Positions 30,801 to 39,357 of a stretch of 64,000 nt of DNA are shown here, one piece after another. Positions within the stretch are counted from its first letter, which is position 1; every line of letters begins with the position of its first letter. The stretch spans positions 12 to 64,011 of the forward strand of contig JAUQPL010000010.1 in assembly GCA_030550395.1 (NCBI GenBank), in the 5' to 3' direction. A model generated the notes under the pieces. The model saw nothing but the letters and a program-made list of their open reading frames with translations, made no database searches and was not told where the DNA came from. Position numbers and translations under genes: made by a program. The DNA comes from Bacteroidota bacterium. Its GTDB lineage: Bacteria > Bacteroidota > Ignavibacteria > Kapaibacteriales > HRBIN21.

Positions 30801-31168
30801 TCCGCCTTGGCTCGGTCAACAGCATCCTGCACCCGCTGCTTGGCAACGCTGGGGTCAACTGTCGGCTCAAACTGCACAACGACCGTGGAGACATCCTGCG
30901 CCGAATAACTCCGCACCTTGCTGACCCCACTGACCGCCTTCAGTTGCTTTTCTATCGGACGCGTCACCAAGTTCTCCACATCCAGCGGCGAAGTACCGGG
31001 GTAAATTGTCGTCACCACGATGGTCGGGACAACTACATCGGGGAGTAGCTCCTTGGGCAAGCGCACGTACGTATATATGCCCAACGCTAATGTCAGCACA
31101 GCCAGGACATAGACAGTAACCCGGTTTCCAATCGCCCAATTTGTCAGCCGAAACTCTCGAGATACCAT
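27776..31168 (-). CDS. RND efflux transporter permease (AcrB/HAE1-type)
   Basis: About 1130 aa with 12 TM. Typical RND N-terminus (RFRLTNWAIGNRVTVYVL..) and repeated periplasmic loops. ATG at 31168 with a GGAGAG SD. Confidence 0.9.
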   Translation of the reverse strand: MVSREFRLTNWAIGNRVTVYVLAVLTLALGIYTYVRLPKELLPDVVVPTIVVTTIYPGTSPLDVENLVTRPIEKQLKAVSGVSKVRSYSAQDVSTVVVQFEPTVDPSVAKQRVQDAVDRAKAELPTDLPEDPRILETDFSEFPIMQVSIAGDVPLERLKEYAEELRDRIEALPQIRRVDIVGLPEREIRVDVDPYRLWAFGLGLSDVEQAIRRENLNTSAGEVSAGGLRLNVRLTAEFQTPAEIANILVRSGTGNVVRLGDIATVVEDFKEQQSYARLNRRPVVTLSVVKKAGENLLEAADQIYQIVEKFQRQVGSPSVQFVITNDQSVRSRTTLADLTNAIILGFLFVVVSLMFFMGVQNALFVGLATPLASFLAMLAFPFIGFTFNIVVTFAFLLALGIIVDDAIVVVENTYRLYRREGLDIVTAVKQGAGEVFAPVLAGTLTTLAPFVPLLFWPGVVGEFLFYLPVVLIATLSASFLVAYVFNPVFALYFMPRQPQPMTKREIITRMGLLFALSALGYLLGAWSRIDFFSGAATVTWVIAVLWVFNRLVFTPFIIEPFQRKIWPAILQLYRRIGFWILRGPRPWMLVGGIAVLFVLTIGLVGVVRPKVIFFTNPEPNFVYVYVTLPVGTDAAVTDSLMRVVEERVYSVLGENNPVVSSISVNVGVAAGDPFRISFGVTPHQGRLTVAFVDQEHRKGISTWGYLEAIRRAVADLPGAQIVVDKDQAGPPTGRAVNIEIAGDDLDTLRNLAERVRSLLMDTLQIAGIEGMRTDLQQTKPEVLISVNRAKATREGLTTGQIGGALRAALYGVEASKFRTAKEEYPIQVRLMSPYRERLQDLLNVPVAFRDMATGQFRIVPVSAVTTATYTTTYGSINRINQERVVTLSANVLPGYSAPLINAQIQRALSRLSLPPGYTIRLTGEQEEQRKTVEFLQTAFLVTVALIALILVTEFGSVTKPLLVLSTVLFSTIGVLWGFLLSGLTISIALTGIGVVSLAGIVVRNGVVLVDYIDLLRQRGLALRRAVVWGGATRVTPVVLTAVSTILGLLPLAVGLNMDFGSLLTRFDPKLYFGGFSAAFWEPLAWAIIYGLIFATFLTLIVLPTLYYGVARGELLRRWRRVHNWFPRVRG

Positions 31169-31187
31169 TTGCTCTCTCCCACCAGAG

Positions 31188-32324
31188 TTACAATCGTACC
31201 CGCAGCCCATCCCGCAACTCACCGGAGGAGCGAATCACAACCTCCTCTCCGGGGCGGAGCCCCGATAGAACCTCTGCCCGATCAAAAGTCACCAAACCCA
31301 GGCGGACTGGACGCTCACGCAGGATAGCCCCGTCTGAACGACGCTCAACCACATACACTATAGGCGCGCCATTACGACGCTGCAGCGCAGCGGTGGGTAT
31401 CGTCAGTGTCTGCAGACGCTCAATATCAGCAATGAGCACATTGCAGCTAAGACCAGGACGAACTCCCTCCGGCAGGCGCTCGGGAACAAGCTCCACACGG
31501 AATGTCCGACTTCGGCCGCTCACGGCTTGTCCGACACTGCGGACTCGAGCCGGGACCGTGTCATTGAACTCGGGGAAGAAGATGCGCGCAGCTGTCCCCG
31601 TCCGCAGCGTTGCTACGTACGCTTCAGAGACCTCTGCCGCAACATAGAGACTGCTGACATTGACCAGACGTACAGCCGGGGCCCCCGGCGCCACGAGTTC
31701 CCCTTGCTTGACGAAGACTTCGTCTACAATCCCTGCAAATGGCGCCGTAATCCGTGTCTGCGCAAGCTGCTCCTGCAGCGTCGCCAATCGCCGCTCCAAT
31801 GCCTCCCATTGCTGCTTGGCATTTAGGTACTGTATCTCCGCAACTGCCTGCGCTTCCCAGGCACGCTTGTAGCGTTCATAGAGCGTCTTAGCAAGATCGC
31901 GCTGCACTTCTACCTCCTCAATAGTCCGACGCAAAACTTCCGAATCGAGCTCCACCAGCAGCTGCCCGCGTGCCACTCGCATCCCGGGTTGCCCATACAC
32001 CCTGACGACACTACCTGCACTCTTTGCGCTCAACGTTACCGTCGTGCGTGATTCTACCATCCCCGAAACCTCCAACAAGCGCTGCAGCGTTCCGAGCTGT
32101 ACTGGCTGGACGACTACGGAAATCCCCTGTACTGTGGCTGCGCTCCGAAGTCCCAATTCCCGCTCCAAAGCCTCCACCTGACTCTGCAGGCGCGCAATCT
32201 CCGTACGGAGCTGCTCCAAACGACGTCGCTTCGCCTCAGGGCTCTCTGTCGCAGACCGACAGCTCAGTAATAAGACCATCCACCCCAGAAGGACAACGCT
32301 TACGAGGATGATTCTCTGTGCCAT
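31188..32324 (-). CDS. RND efflux periplasmic adaptor (membrane fusion protein)
   Basis: Lipobox-like N-terminus, coiled-coil, RTGTAARIFFPEF.. beta-barrel/MP domains. Confidence 0.85.
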   Translation of the reverse strand: MAQRIILVSVVLLGWMVLLLSCRSATESPEAKRRRLEQLRTEIARLQSQVEALERELGLRSAATVQGISVVVQPVQLGTLQRLLEVSGMVESRTTVTLSAKSAGSVVRVYGQPGMRVARGQLLVELDSEVLRRTIEEVEVQRDLAKTLYERYKRAWEAQAVAEIQYLNAKQQWEALERRLATLQEQLAQTRITAPFAGIVDEVFVKQGELVAPGAPAVRLVNVSSLYVAAEVSEAYVATLRTGTAARIFFPEFNDTVPARVRSVGQAVSGRSRTFRVELVPERLPEGVRPGLSCNVLIADIERLQTLTIPTAALQRRNGAPIVYVVERRSDGAILRERPVRLGLVTFDRAEVLSGLRPGEEVVIRSSGELRDGLRVRL

Positions 32325-32989
32325 CGCCAGCCACGGAGGAGTAATTCTACAAGTTCATCACACAACTCTTCGGGTGTTACCCCCTGCATCAAACGACTCC
32401 GATAAGGATGGCGTGCCAGTAAGATTGCACCACTGAGCACAACCCAGAACTGCGCCAGTACCCGCTCCGGTACCACTCCCGGAGGAAAAACTCCCTCTTG
32501 AATCCCCCGCTGTATCAAGGAAACTCCACGGAGGATCGCCCGCTCTTGCAAGCACTGCAACTCTTGCAGTAACTCTGGGCGTATCTTCTGCACGGGAAGC
32601 TCAATTGCTGTTGAGACGTGCATCAGCAAGGTGAAATACTCCGGATACTGCTCAGCAAAGCGCCAGTACTGCCGAGCAACCCTACGAATCGCTTGCTCAA
32701 GCGGTTCTGAAGCTGCCTCAGAAGATGCCCGCGCCATGAAATCATCCAGAATGCGCAGTCCATCTTCCAACAGCGCCACGTAGAGCTCCTCCTTTGTGGT
32801 GAAGTACTCGTAGAGGGTCCCCTTGCCTAACTCTGCTTCAGAGGCAACCATGTCCATCGTAGTGTTGCGGTATCCATGTTGGAAGAAGACCCTTCGGGCA
32901 GCCTCCAGAATCATTCGTCGCCGCTGTTCCCGCTCCCGCTTCCGCCGCTCCGCCGTTCCCATAGGCTCTAGAACTCCTGAATCAGCCAC
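32300..32989 (-). CDS. TetR/AcrR-family transcriptional regulator
   Basis: N-terminal HTH (ILEAARRVFFQHGYRNTTMDMVASEAELGKGTLYEYF). Embedded in the efflux operon. Confidence 0.8.
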   Translation of the reverse strand: MADSGVLEPMGTAERRKREREQRRRMILEAARRVFFQHGYRNTTMDMVASEAELGKGTLYEYFTTKEELYVALLEDGLRILDDFMARASSEAASEPLEQAIRRVARQYWRFAEQYPEYFTLLMHVSTAIELPVQKIRPELLQELQCLQERAILRGVSLIQRGIQEGVFPPGVVPERVLAQFWVVLSGAILLARHPYRSRLMQGVTPEELCDELVELLLRGWRWHRESSS

Positions 32990-34308
32990 GGATCAATGCT
33001 GCCGGTCAATGCCTCTATGTCCACCTGTGCCACTAAGTAATCGTGGAGTGCCTGTGCGTACGAGGCCTGCGCCTGCCGAATAGCTGCATCAGCATCGATC
33101 ACTTCCAATTGGCTCCCCAACCCCGTACTGTACCGAACACGGGCAATCTCATATCCCCTTTCAGCTTGAGCAACAGCACTCCGAGTCGCCTGAATCCGTT
33201 GCTGCGCTACCTCTGCCTGCTGCCGGGCAAGCAGCACCTGTACCTTCACCGCCTCCCGGAGTTGCTCCCGCTGCTGCTGAAGCTTCTGCTGCTCCAACTC
33301 CGCCTGCTGCACCCGTGCGTTCGTTTGAAACCCTTGGAAAAGGGAAACCGTAAACTGCACCCCAACAACAGCACTCCGAGCTGTCAGAAAGTTGGAAAAT
33401 GTAGAGGATTGCCCTTGGTAAGCATACGAGCCAAACCCAACGAGGATCGGATAGGACTCTGCGCGATAAATCCGGGCAATACCATGCTGAACCTGCTCCT
33501 GGAGCTCCAATGTTTGCAGTTGGAAGTTGCGCCCCAATACCCGCTGAACCAATTCCTGCTCCTCCGGCATCTCCACAGGGCGATATTCCGTCCCCAAACT
33601 GCCTACAAGCTCCACCGGCTGCTCCTGCGGTAGTCCAATGAGAAGCTTCAATTGACGCAAAGCAGCCATATAGCCCAATTCCGCCTGGGCAACAAGGGTC
33701 CGGACTTGCTCTACCTGCACCTCCGCTCGCAATGCATCATAATCCGCAATTAACCCTTGCGAGGCCAAAACACGGGTGTCCTGGGCAAAACGCTCCACCC
33801 GCTGTAGACTTGCCTGCGCTGCTTGCAAAAGCTCCCGACTCAAAAGCGCGGCATAGAAGGCTTTCTTGACTCCAGCAACTGTTTGCGCAACAACTGCCTG
33901 ATACTGCTTCCGAGCCGCCTGCGCATAAATTTGCGACACTCCAATCCCTGTCAACACCGCCTGATTGAACAACACCTGCGTTGCCTGAAGCTGCACCTGG
34001 AAGCTGTTCTCCGAACCAATCCGCACCGCCTGCAACTGACCTGACTGAGGATTCCGGAAATCCGGCAAAAAGAACACCGGCAGCAGAAGGTTACGATTAT
34101 ACCCCGCCACTAAACTCAACGAAGGGAGCGCCGTCCCCACCGCTTCCCTCACCCGAGCATCCGCCCGACGTATCTCCAACCGACTGACAACTACAGCTGG
34201 GTTCCGCTCCACCGCAAGCCGAATCGCCTCAGAGAGGGTAAGTTCTACCGGCTGCTGCGCAACAGCAATCCCCACAATCCCTACAAAGCCAAGCAAATAC
34301 CACCGCAT
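32968..34308 (-). CDS. TolC-family outer-membrane efflux channel
   Basis: Signal peptide. Duplicated TolC repeats (LTLSEAIRLAVERNP.., ..AQVDIEALTGS). Confidence 0.85.
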   Translation of the reverse strand: MRWYLLGFVGIVGIAVAQQPVELTLSEAIRLAVERNPAVVVSRLEIRRADARVREAVGTALPSLSLVAGYNRNLLLPVFFLPDFRNPQSGQLQAVRIGSENSFQVQLQATQVLFNQAVLTGIGVSQIYAQAARKQYQAVVAQTVAGVKKAFYAALLSRELLQAAQASLQRVERFAQDTRVLASQGLIADYDALRAEVQVEQVRTLVAQAELGYMAALRQLKLLIGLPQEQPVELVGSLGTEYRPVEMPEEQELVQRVLGRNFQLQTLELQEQVQHGIARIYRAESYPILVGFGSYAYQGQSSTFSNFLTARSAVVGVQFTVSLFQGFQTNARVQQAELEQQKLQQQREQLREAVKVQVLLARQQAEVAQQRIQATRSAVAQAERGYEIARVRYSTGLGSQLEVIDADAAIRQAQASYAQALHDYLVAQVDIEALTGSIDPWLIQEF

Positions 34309-34309
34309 G

Positions 34310-34322
34310 TTGACTAATGGTC
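34310..34322 (-). promoter_or_regulatory. imperfect palindrome TGACTAATGGTCA between the -7 box and the tolC start (candidate TetR operator)
   Basis: TGAC-n5-GTCA with 10 of 13 symmetric positions. Lies in the leader of an operon that encodes its own TetR regulator. Confidence 0.25.
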
Positions 34323-34341
34323 AGTTTCCGACCGACGGTTG

Positions 34342-34349
34342 CAAAAATA
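34342..34349 (-). promoter_or_regulatory. TAnnTTTG -7 box (TATTTTTG on minus strand) upstream of the tolC-tetR-MFP-RND operon
   Basis: Reverse complement of CAAAAATA. About 33 nt upstream of the tolC ATG at 34308. Confidence 0.4.
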
Positions 34350-34435
34350 CACCTTTTCCGCTTCTCACCCTATGGAAGCCCATCAGGTTCCTGTGGGGAG
34401 CAGAAACACAGGGTGACTACAACCCAGCAATATCC

Positions 34436-35905
34436 CTAGCCTCCAGCAGCGTGGAAGAGGAGTGTAGCGTAAAAGCGCACCGCCCTAAGAAGCTCAGGGA
34501 TCGGTAACCGTTCGTTTGTGCCATGGAATGTTTGGTACTCCTCAGGTGTCAAGCGGACGGGTAAGAAGCGAAAGACATTCGGCGTCAGCACGGTGTAATG
34601 CCGTGCATCGGTTGCCCCCAGCACCAGATAGGGAACTACACGGGCCTCTGGAAACACAGCCCGAGCAGCACCACTAATCAAGCGGAAGCCTTCCCCACGG
34701 ATATCGGCCACCGGCGAAGGTAAGCTCAGAAGACTCTTCTGGCGGACCGTCACTCTTCGGTCGGCGACAATCCGACGCACGTGTTCCAAGACTTTCTCCG
34801 GCGTATCTCCGGGCAAAAGGCGAACATTTACAGCCGCCCGCGCGGAAGCGGGGACAACGTTCTCTTTGATGCCAGCATGGAACAGAGTCGGTGCCATCGT
34901 TGTACGGACCATCGCATTGCCGCGCGGTGTTTGCTGAAGCTGCCGAAGCAGAAGATTCCCAAACAACCACCGGTTTGCCACCATCATCCTCTGCAGGAAG
35001 GGCATCTCCGGGGCGACCGCCTCCAGCATATTCACCACCACCGTTTCCAGGCGGGCAGGCATAGGGGAGCGCTCCACCGCCGCCACTGCCGCAGCAACCT
35101 GCCCCAGCGGGCTTTCGCGAGGCGGTGCAGAGGAATGCCCGCCACTGCCCTCTGCATAGAGCTCCAGCATCATATACCCTTTCTCCGCAATCCCGACCAT
35201 GGCCAGCGGTCGCTCCACTCCTGGCATCATTCCAACAGTAACAGCTCCCCCCTCATCCATGACCCATCCCAAACGCACTCCGCGCTGCCGAAGCAAAGAC
35301 ACAATCTGCTGAGCACCCCGCGCCCCTCCCACCTCTTCATCATGCCCGAAAGTAAAGTAGATGTCCCGAGTCGGCTGGAACCCCTTCTGCAACAAAGCTT
35401 CAGCTGCCTCCAGAATGCTCATGACTGTCACCTTATCGTCAATAGCCCCTCGTCCCCAGATATACCCTTCGGCAACCACGCCACCGAAGGGTGGATACTT
35501 CCACTTGCCCTCCGTTCCAGGCTCTACAGGTACAACGTCCATGTGCCCCATAAGGAGCAGTGCAGGTAAAGTCGTATCGCTTCCACGCCAGCGGTAGAGC
35601 AGGCTGTAACCACCGACTCGTTCCCATTGCAAACGGCGATGAACTTCCGGGAAACTACGACGGAGGAATTCATGGAATGCCTCAAACTCAGCGGCCTCTA
35701 CCTGCGCAGTATCCTGGTGGGAGATCGTCCGATAGCGCAATGCCTCTGCAAATCGCCTCACGATACTTACAGAGTCCCACTCCAGTGACGGTTGCCATAG
35801 CGGTTCCGCCTCTATCCCACGAAGACTTAGCGTTCGGTAAAGCACAACTCCTCCGATGCCGAGCACGACAAGAACCCCCGTGAGCAGAACAACCCGACGC
35901 ATCAC
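34436..35905 (-). CDS. M20-family metallopeptidase (dipeptidase/carboxypeptidase-like)
   Basis: N-terminal TM anchor. GHMDVVP, GAIDDK and FGHDEEVGG metal-binding motifs. Confidence 0.8.
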   Translation of the reverse strand: MMRRVVLLTGVLVVLGIGGVVLYRTLSLRGIEAEPLWQPSLEWDSVSIVRRFAEALRYRTISHQDTAQVEAAEFEAFHEFLRRSFPEVHRRLQWERVGGYSLLYRWRGSDTTLPALLLMGHMDVVPVEPGTEGKWKYPPFGGVVAEGYIWGRGAIDDKVTVMSILEAAEALLQKGFQPTRDIYFTFGHDEEVGGARGAQQIVSLLRQRGVRLGWVMDEGGAVTVGMMPGVERPLAMVGIAEKGYMMLELYAEGSGGHSSAPPRESPLGQVAAAVAAVERSPMPARLETVVVNMLEAVAPEMPFLQRMMVANRWLFGNLLLRQLQQTPRGNAMVRTTMAPTLFHAGIKENVVPASARAAVNVRLLPGDTPEKVLEHVRRIVADRRVTVRQKSLLSLPSPVADIRGEGFRLISGAARAVFPEARVVPYLVLGATDARHYTVLTPNVFRFLPVRLTPEEYQTFHGTNERLPIPELLRAVRFYATLLFHAAGG

Positions 35906-35935
35906 GCCCTTGCTCCCTTTGACACATCTCCGCTA

Positions 35936-35943
35936 CAAAAATA
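35936..35943 (-). promoter_or_regulatory. TAnnTTTG -7 box (TATTTTTG on minus strand) upstream of the M20 peptidase gene
   Basis: About 30 nt upstream of the ATG at 35905. Confidence 0.4.
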
Positions 35944-36029
35944 GTCCTCCTCTCTGCTCGCCCCTCGCTCCCCGAGCCCCTTTATTACTTCAGCAAGCAA
36001 TCTCTGCGCAGGAGGTGAACAGAACTTCC

Positions 36030-38363
36030 TCACACGCCGCTTACCCGCTTACTGTCCATCACAGTGACAACAGCTTCCTGAGGCCGCTTCGATTGCCCAT
36101 CCCTCAATTTCCGCCCAGGGATACCCCGCAACCGCTGCGCCCCACTCCAGAGGAGTCCTACAACCACCAGCATCCCCCCTAGCCAGACCAAGTTGATACC
36201 TGGCTTAAGAGAAAACTCTACCGTGAACACCTCCCGCTCCCGAGCGCCCCGAGGACGAACTCCTATCACAGCCTGTGAACGGGCAATATCCTGCCGCTCA
36301 GGAAGAATGCGGAGTAGTCCTATCTCAAAGAGGTCCCGTACGGGAATCCACTCTGGCTGCGTACGTTCTAAGTCAAGCATCCGCATTGGCAGACGGAGTG
36401 TATCGGACCGGGGAGCGTTCGAGGACAGTTCGATCCACACAGCAAGCGTCAGGGTGTCACCCTGCACCGGTCCCATCTCAAAGCGCAGCAGGCGGACCTG
36501 CACGGTGCTATCGGTGGGAAGCCGCCCTATTTCACCCCGCCGAAGGACAAGCTCCGCTGCCGCACCCTCTGTTTCTACAGCTTTCGGAGCCATGTAAAGG
36601 TCAGCGGCAACCCGCCAAGCAATCCCCGGTTCTAAAAAAGCTGCCTGCCGCCGGTTGTAATCGCTCCAGAAAAGCACCGGGAAGAGCTCTGCACGGGAAT
36701 GACCAGTTTCAACGCGAACTCGATAGCGCCACTTTTCCCGGTCCGTATACTGCCTCTCAATCTGCTCCCGCCCCTCGTAGGTTAGACGATATACCCCTAC
36801 TTGAACCGGCTCCCCCTGGGGCAATCGCACGTGGACCGTCCACGACAGCGATGCCAGCGTCACAACTCCCAGCACCAGCAACGCCACTCCCGCATGAGCA
36901 CTCCAGGCCCCGAGCATCCGTGGATTACGCCGAACGTGCTCAATCAGAAGTCGTCCATTGATCCCTAGGGCCACCCATGCCGTTGACCCCAAGGCAAGGA
37001 GTGCTACATCTCGCACTCCAACTGCCCATAGGGACCCTGTTCCCACCACAGCAACGCCCAGAGGAAGGAGAAGACGTCGCCCGAAGAGACGTCCTGGCGT
37101 TGCGCGCCATTGGAGCAAGAGCGAAAGCCCATTGAGCAGCAAAATCCATGCGCCGATGGGTATGTGCAGTACATTGTAGAACCGTTGCTCAATAGCGACC
37201 TTGGGCCGCCCCAATAGCTCCGCCACGATAGGATAGCTTGTCCCGACGAGCACAACCACGGCACTGACCGCCAATCCCAGAGCACCCAAGGCAAGCATCA
37301 GCTCTCGGGAATTCGGCGGCAACACAAGGGCCTGCATCCCCAACTCTTTCCAGCGCGTAAAGAGGAAAAAAGCGCTGACCCCCGCCCCTGCTACCATCAG
37401 CCCCAGCAACAGCGCATAGGCAAAGAAGCCCGGATCCACGAATGAGTGTACGGAAGTGTCGCCCAAAACTCCGCTACGAGTCAGGAAAGTTGAGTATAGC
37501 ACTGCAAGGAATGCCAAAACAGTCAGCACGACATTGGTGCGGACAACTCCTCCCGTCCTCCGCTGGATAAGGACTGTATGCAGAACAGCGACAGTGAACA
37601 ACCATGGGACCAACGAGGAATTCTCCACCGGATCCCATGCCCAGAATCCCCCCCAGCCCAATGTCTCATATGCCCATAGTCCCCCCAGCAAAATGCCTAA
37701 TCCAAGGACAGCCGCAGCCCCACCCAACCACGGGAGTGCTGCGATGACCCACCGCTGGTACTCCCGCCGCCAAAGTCCTGCTATAGCCAAGGCAAAAGGC
37801 ACCGTCACCAATGTAAACCCCAGGAAGAGCACGGGCGGATGGAAAACAATCCAGTAGTTGTGCAGCAAGGGATTCAGCCCCCGCCCGTCGTGTGGCTGGA
37901 ATCCCTCCGCAATCCCCTGTCCAGCGTACGTTTCCCAAACAAAGGTGAAAGGATTCTTCGCCACCAGCAATAGGAGCATCCCGGCCAATACACCAGTGTA
38001 CACGCTCATCACCTCTGCCTCCCATCCCCAGCGCCGCGCGAAGGCTCGCACAGCAAATCCTACAAGCGCCAACCAGAAACTCCACAGCAGCAAGCTCCCC
38101 TCCTGCCCAGCATAGCTACTTGCAATCAGCAAATGGAGCGGCAATTGCCGAGAGGAGTGAGACCAAACGTAGGTGTAGCGGAACTCATGGAGCAGCGTGC
38201 TTATCAGCAAAACCAACCATATCACGCTCACTCCAATGCCTACCACCGTATATCCCAGCCGGGCCGGCACTATATACTCCCGTCGGCAACGGGCAAGCAC
38301 GTATCCAACACTCGTTGCTACTGCAAGCGCCCAGACAAGATGAACCAAAAACTGAGCTACCAT
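36030..38363 (-). CDS. ccmF: cytochrome c-type biogenesis heme lyase CcmF
   Basis: WWD domain (WGGFWAWDPVENSSLVPW), multi-TM protein of 777 aa with a periplasmic C-terminal domain. Confidence 0.85.
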   Translation of the reverse strand: MVAQFLVHLVWALAVATSVGYVLARCRREYIVPARLGYTVVGIGVSVIWLVLLISTLLHEFRYTYVWSHSSRQLPLHLLIASSYAGQEGSLLLWSFWLALVGFAVRAFARRWGWEAEVMSVYTGVLAGMLLLLVAKNPFTFVWETYAGQGIAEGFQPHDGRGLNPLLHNYWIVFHPPVLFLGFTLVTVPFALAIAGLWRREYQRWVIAALPWLGGAAAVLGLGILLGGLWAYETLGWGGFWAWDPVENSSLVPWLFTVAVLHTVLIQRRTGGVVRTNVVLTVLAFLAVLYSTFLTRSGVLGDTSVHSFVDPGFFAYALLLGLMVAGAGVSAFFLFTRWKELGMQALVLPPNSRELMLALGALGLAVSAVVVLVGTSYPIVAELLGRPKVAIEQRFYNVLHIPIGAWILLLNGLSLLLQWRATPGRLFGRRLLLPLGVAVVGTGSLWAVGVRDVALLALGSTAWVALGINGRLLIEHVRRNPRMLGAWSAHAGVALLVLGVVTLASLSWTVHVRLPQGEPVQVGVYRLTYEGREQIERQYTDREKWRYRVRVETGHSRAELFPVLFWSDYNRRQAAFLEPGIAWRVAADLYMAPKAVETEGAAAELVLRRGEIGRLPTDSTVQVRLLRFEMGPVQGDTLTLAVWIELSSNAPRSDTLRLPMRMLDLERTQPEWIPVRDLFEIGLLRILPERQDIARSQAVIGVRPRGAREREVFTVEFSLKPGINLVWLGGMLVVVGLLWSGAQRLRGIPGRKLRDGQSKRPQEAVVTVMDSKRVSGV

Positions 38364-38371
38364 TCCTTCGT

Positions 38372-38740
38372 CTATTCCCGTCGCACTTCAGAGGCATGGA
38401 AATACGCCGATGTTCCTCCATGGGCATGTCCAAGCACAACCACCCGCTCCCCTATCCGCAACGGCGGTAGAGCTTCCCCACCTGTGTACTCAACGGCAAA
38501 GACAAAGCCCTCTTGGTCCTGGAGCCAAAACGTTGGACTGACACGCCCAGGCTGTGGCAGCGCATGCACTGTCCCCCGAATCATTACCTTGAGAGCCCGC
38601 TCCTCCCCAGGCTGCTCCTCGGCCATCCGCAAAGCCTGGGCAAATGTCACCTCGGGAAGCTGTGCGAAACGCTGGGCAAGAAAAAGTAGCACTGGAACCA
38701 ACACCACAAAGACGCCCAAAACCACCGTGCGGAAGCGCAT
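38372..38740 (-). CDS. CcmE-like OB-fold paralog lacking the C-terminal heme-binding tail
   Basis: TM anchor plus OB fold ending ...VVVLGHAHGGTSAYFHASEV-RRE*. It stops where CcmE normally carries its (H/C)xxxY tail. The start ATG overlaps the ccmE stop (TGATG). Confidence 0.5.
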   Translation of the reverse strand: MRFRTVVLGVFVVLVPVLLFLAQRFAQLPEVTFAQALRMAEEQPGEERALKVMIRGTVHALPQPGRVSPTFWLQDQEGFVFAVEYTGGEALPPLRIGERVVVLGHAHGGTSAYFHASEVRRE

Positions 38741-39129
38741 CACTCCTGCGGCAATGGACTGCCACCCTCGTACTTGGAGGGACACTTCGTCAAAATGTCG
38801 TTCGCATGGAATTCCCCTCCAACAACCTTACCCCGCACAACGATGCTTTCGGCCAACTCAAAGTTATTCGGCTTCGTACCGACGTAAACAACCGCGATTC
38901 GGTCCCCCCGATCATCCTGTAGCACGAAGCGAAAGGTATTCATCCGGCTATCATATGTCGGCGTCATATCCCGAACCCATGTCCCCTTCACTTGCACACG
39001 TTGCCCCACACGCACAGCCTCTGCTATGGAAACATACCGGACTGTCGTCTGCTCCAAGGCAGAAATTCCCAAAGCGATAAACCCAAGCAACGCAGCGCCA
39101 CCGAACCAATAGCGAGCACGGATACGCAT
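38740..39129 (-). CDS. ccmE: cytochrome c maturation heme chaperone CcmE, CXXXY variant
   Basis: TM anchor, OB fold, FHANDILTKCPSKYEG: Cys-x3-Tyr replaces the usual HxxxY heme-attachment motif. Confidence 0.8.
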   Translation of the reverse strand: MRIRARYWFGGAALLGFIALGISALEQTTVRYVSIAEAVRVGQRVQVKGTWVRDMTPTYDSRMNTFRFVLQDDRGDRIAVVYVGTKPNNFELAESIVVRGKVVGGEFHANDILTKCPSKYEGGSPLPQE

Positions 39130-39201
39130 GTCTCCTTCACTCCCCGTTGTCCGCGGTTATGGAGACGAACGTGTATACCCCTTCGTCCAACGGCTCAGAC
39201 T

Positions 39202-39357
39202 CTATAAACGCCCTGTCCCGACCTCCCGTTCCCACACCCGTTGAAGACGCCGCAGCCTCCGCTCAACCCATAGGAGCAATCCGGCTACCCCCGCCCAGAC
39301 AACCAACACCACCCAGAAGACGACGTACTCACCGTGCTGCTCCAAAAACTCCATCAT
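39202..39357 (-). CDS. ccmD: heme exporter protein CcmD (51 aa, single TM)
   Basis: Hand-translated from the reverse strand: MMEFLEQHGEYVVFWVVLVVWAGVAGLLLWVERRLRRLQRVWEREVGTGRL*. Not in the ORF track (under 60 aa). Overlaps the ccmC 3' end, as is typical. Confidence 0.6.
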   Translation of the reverse strand: MMEFLEQHGEYVVFWVVLVVWAGVAGLLLWVERRLRRLQRVWEREVGTGRL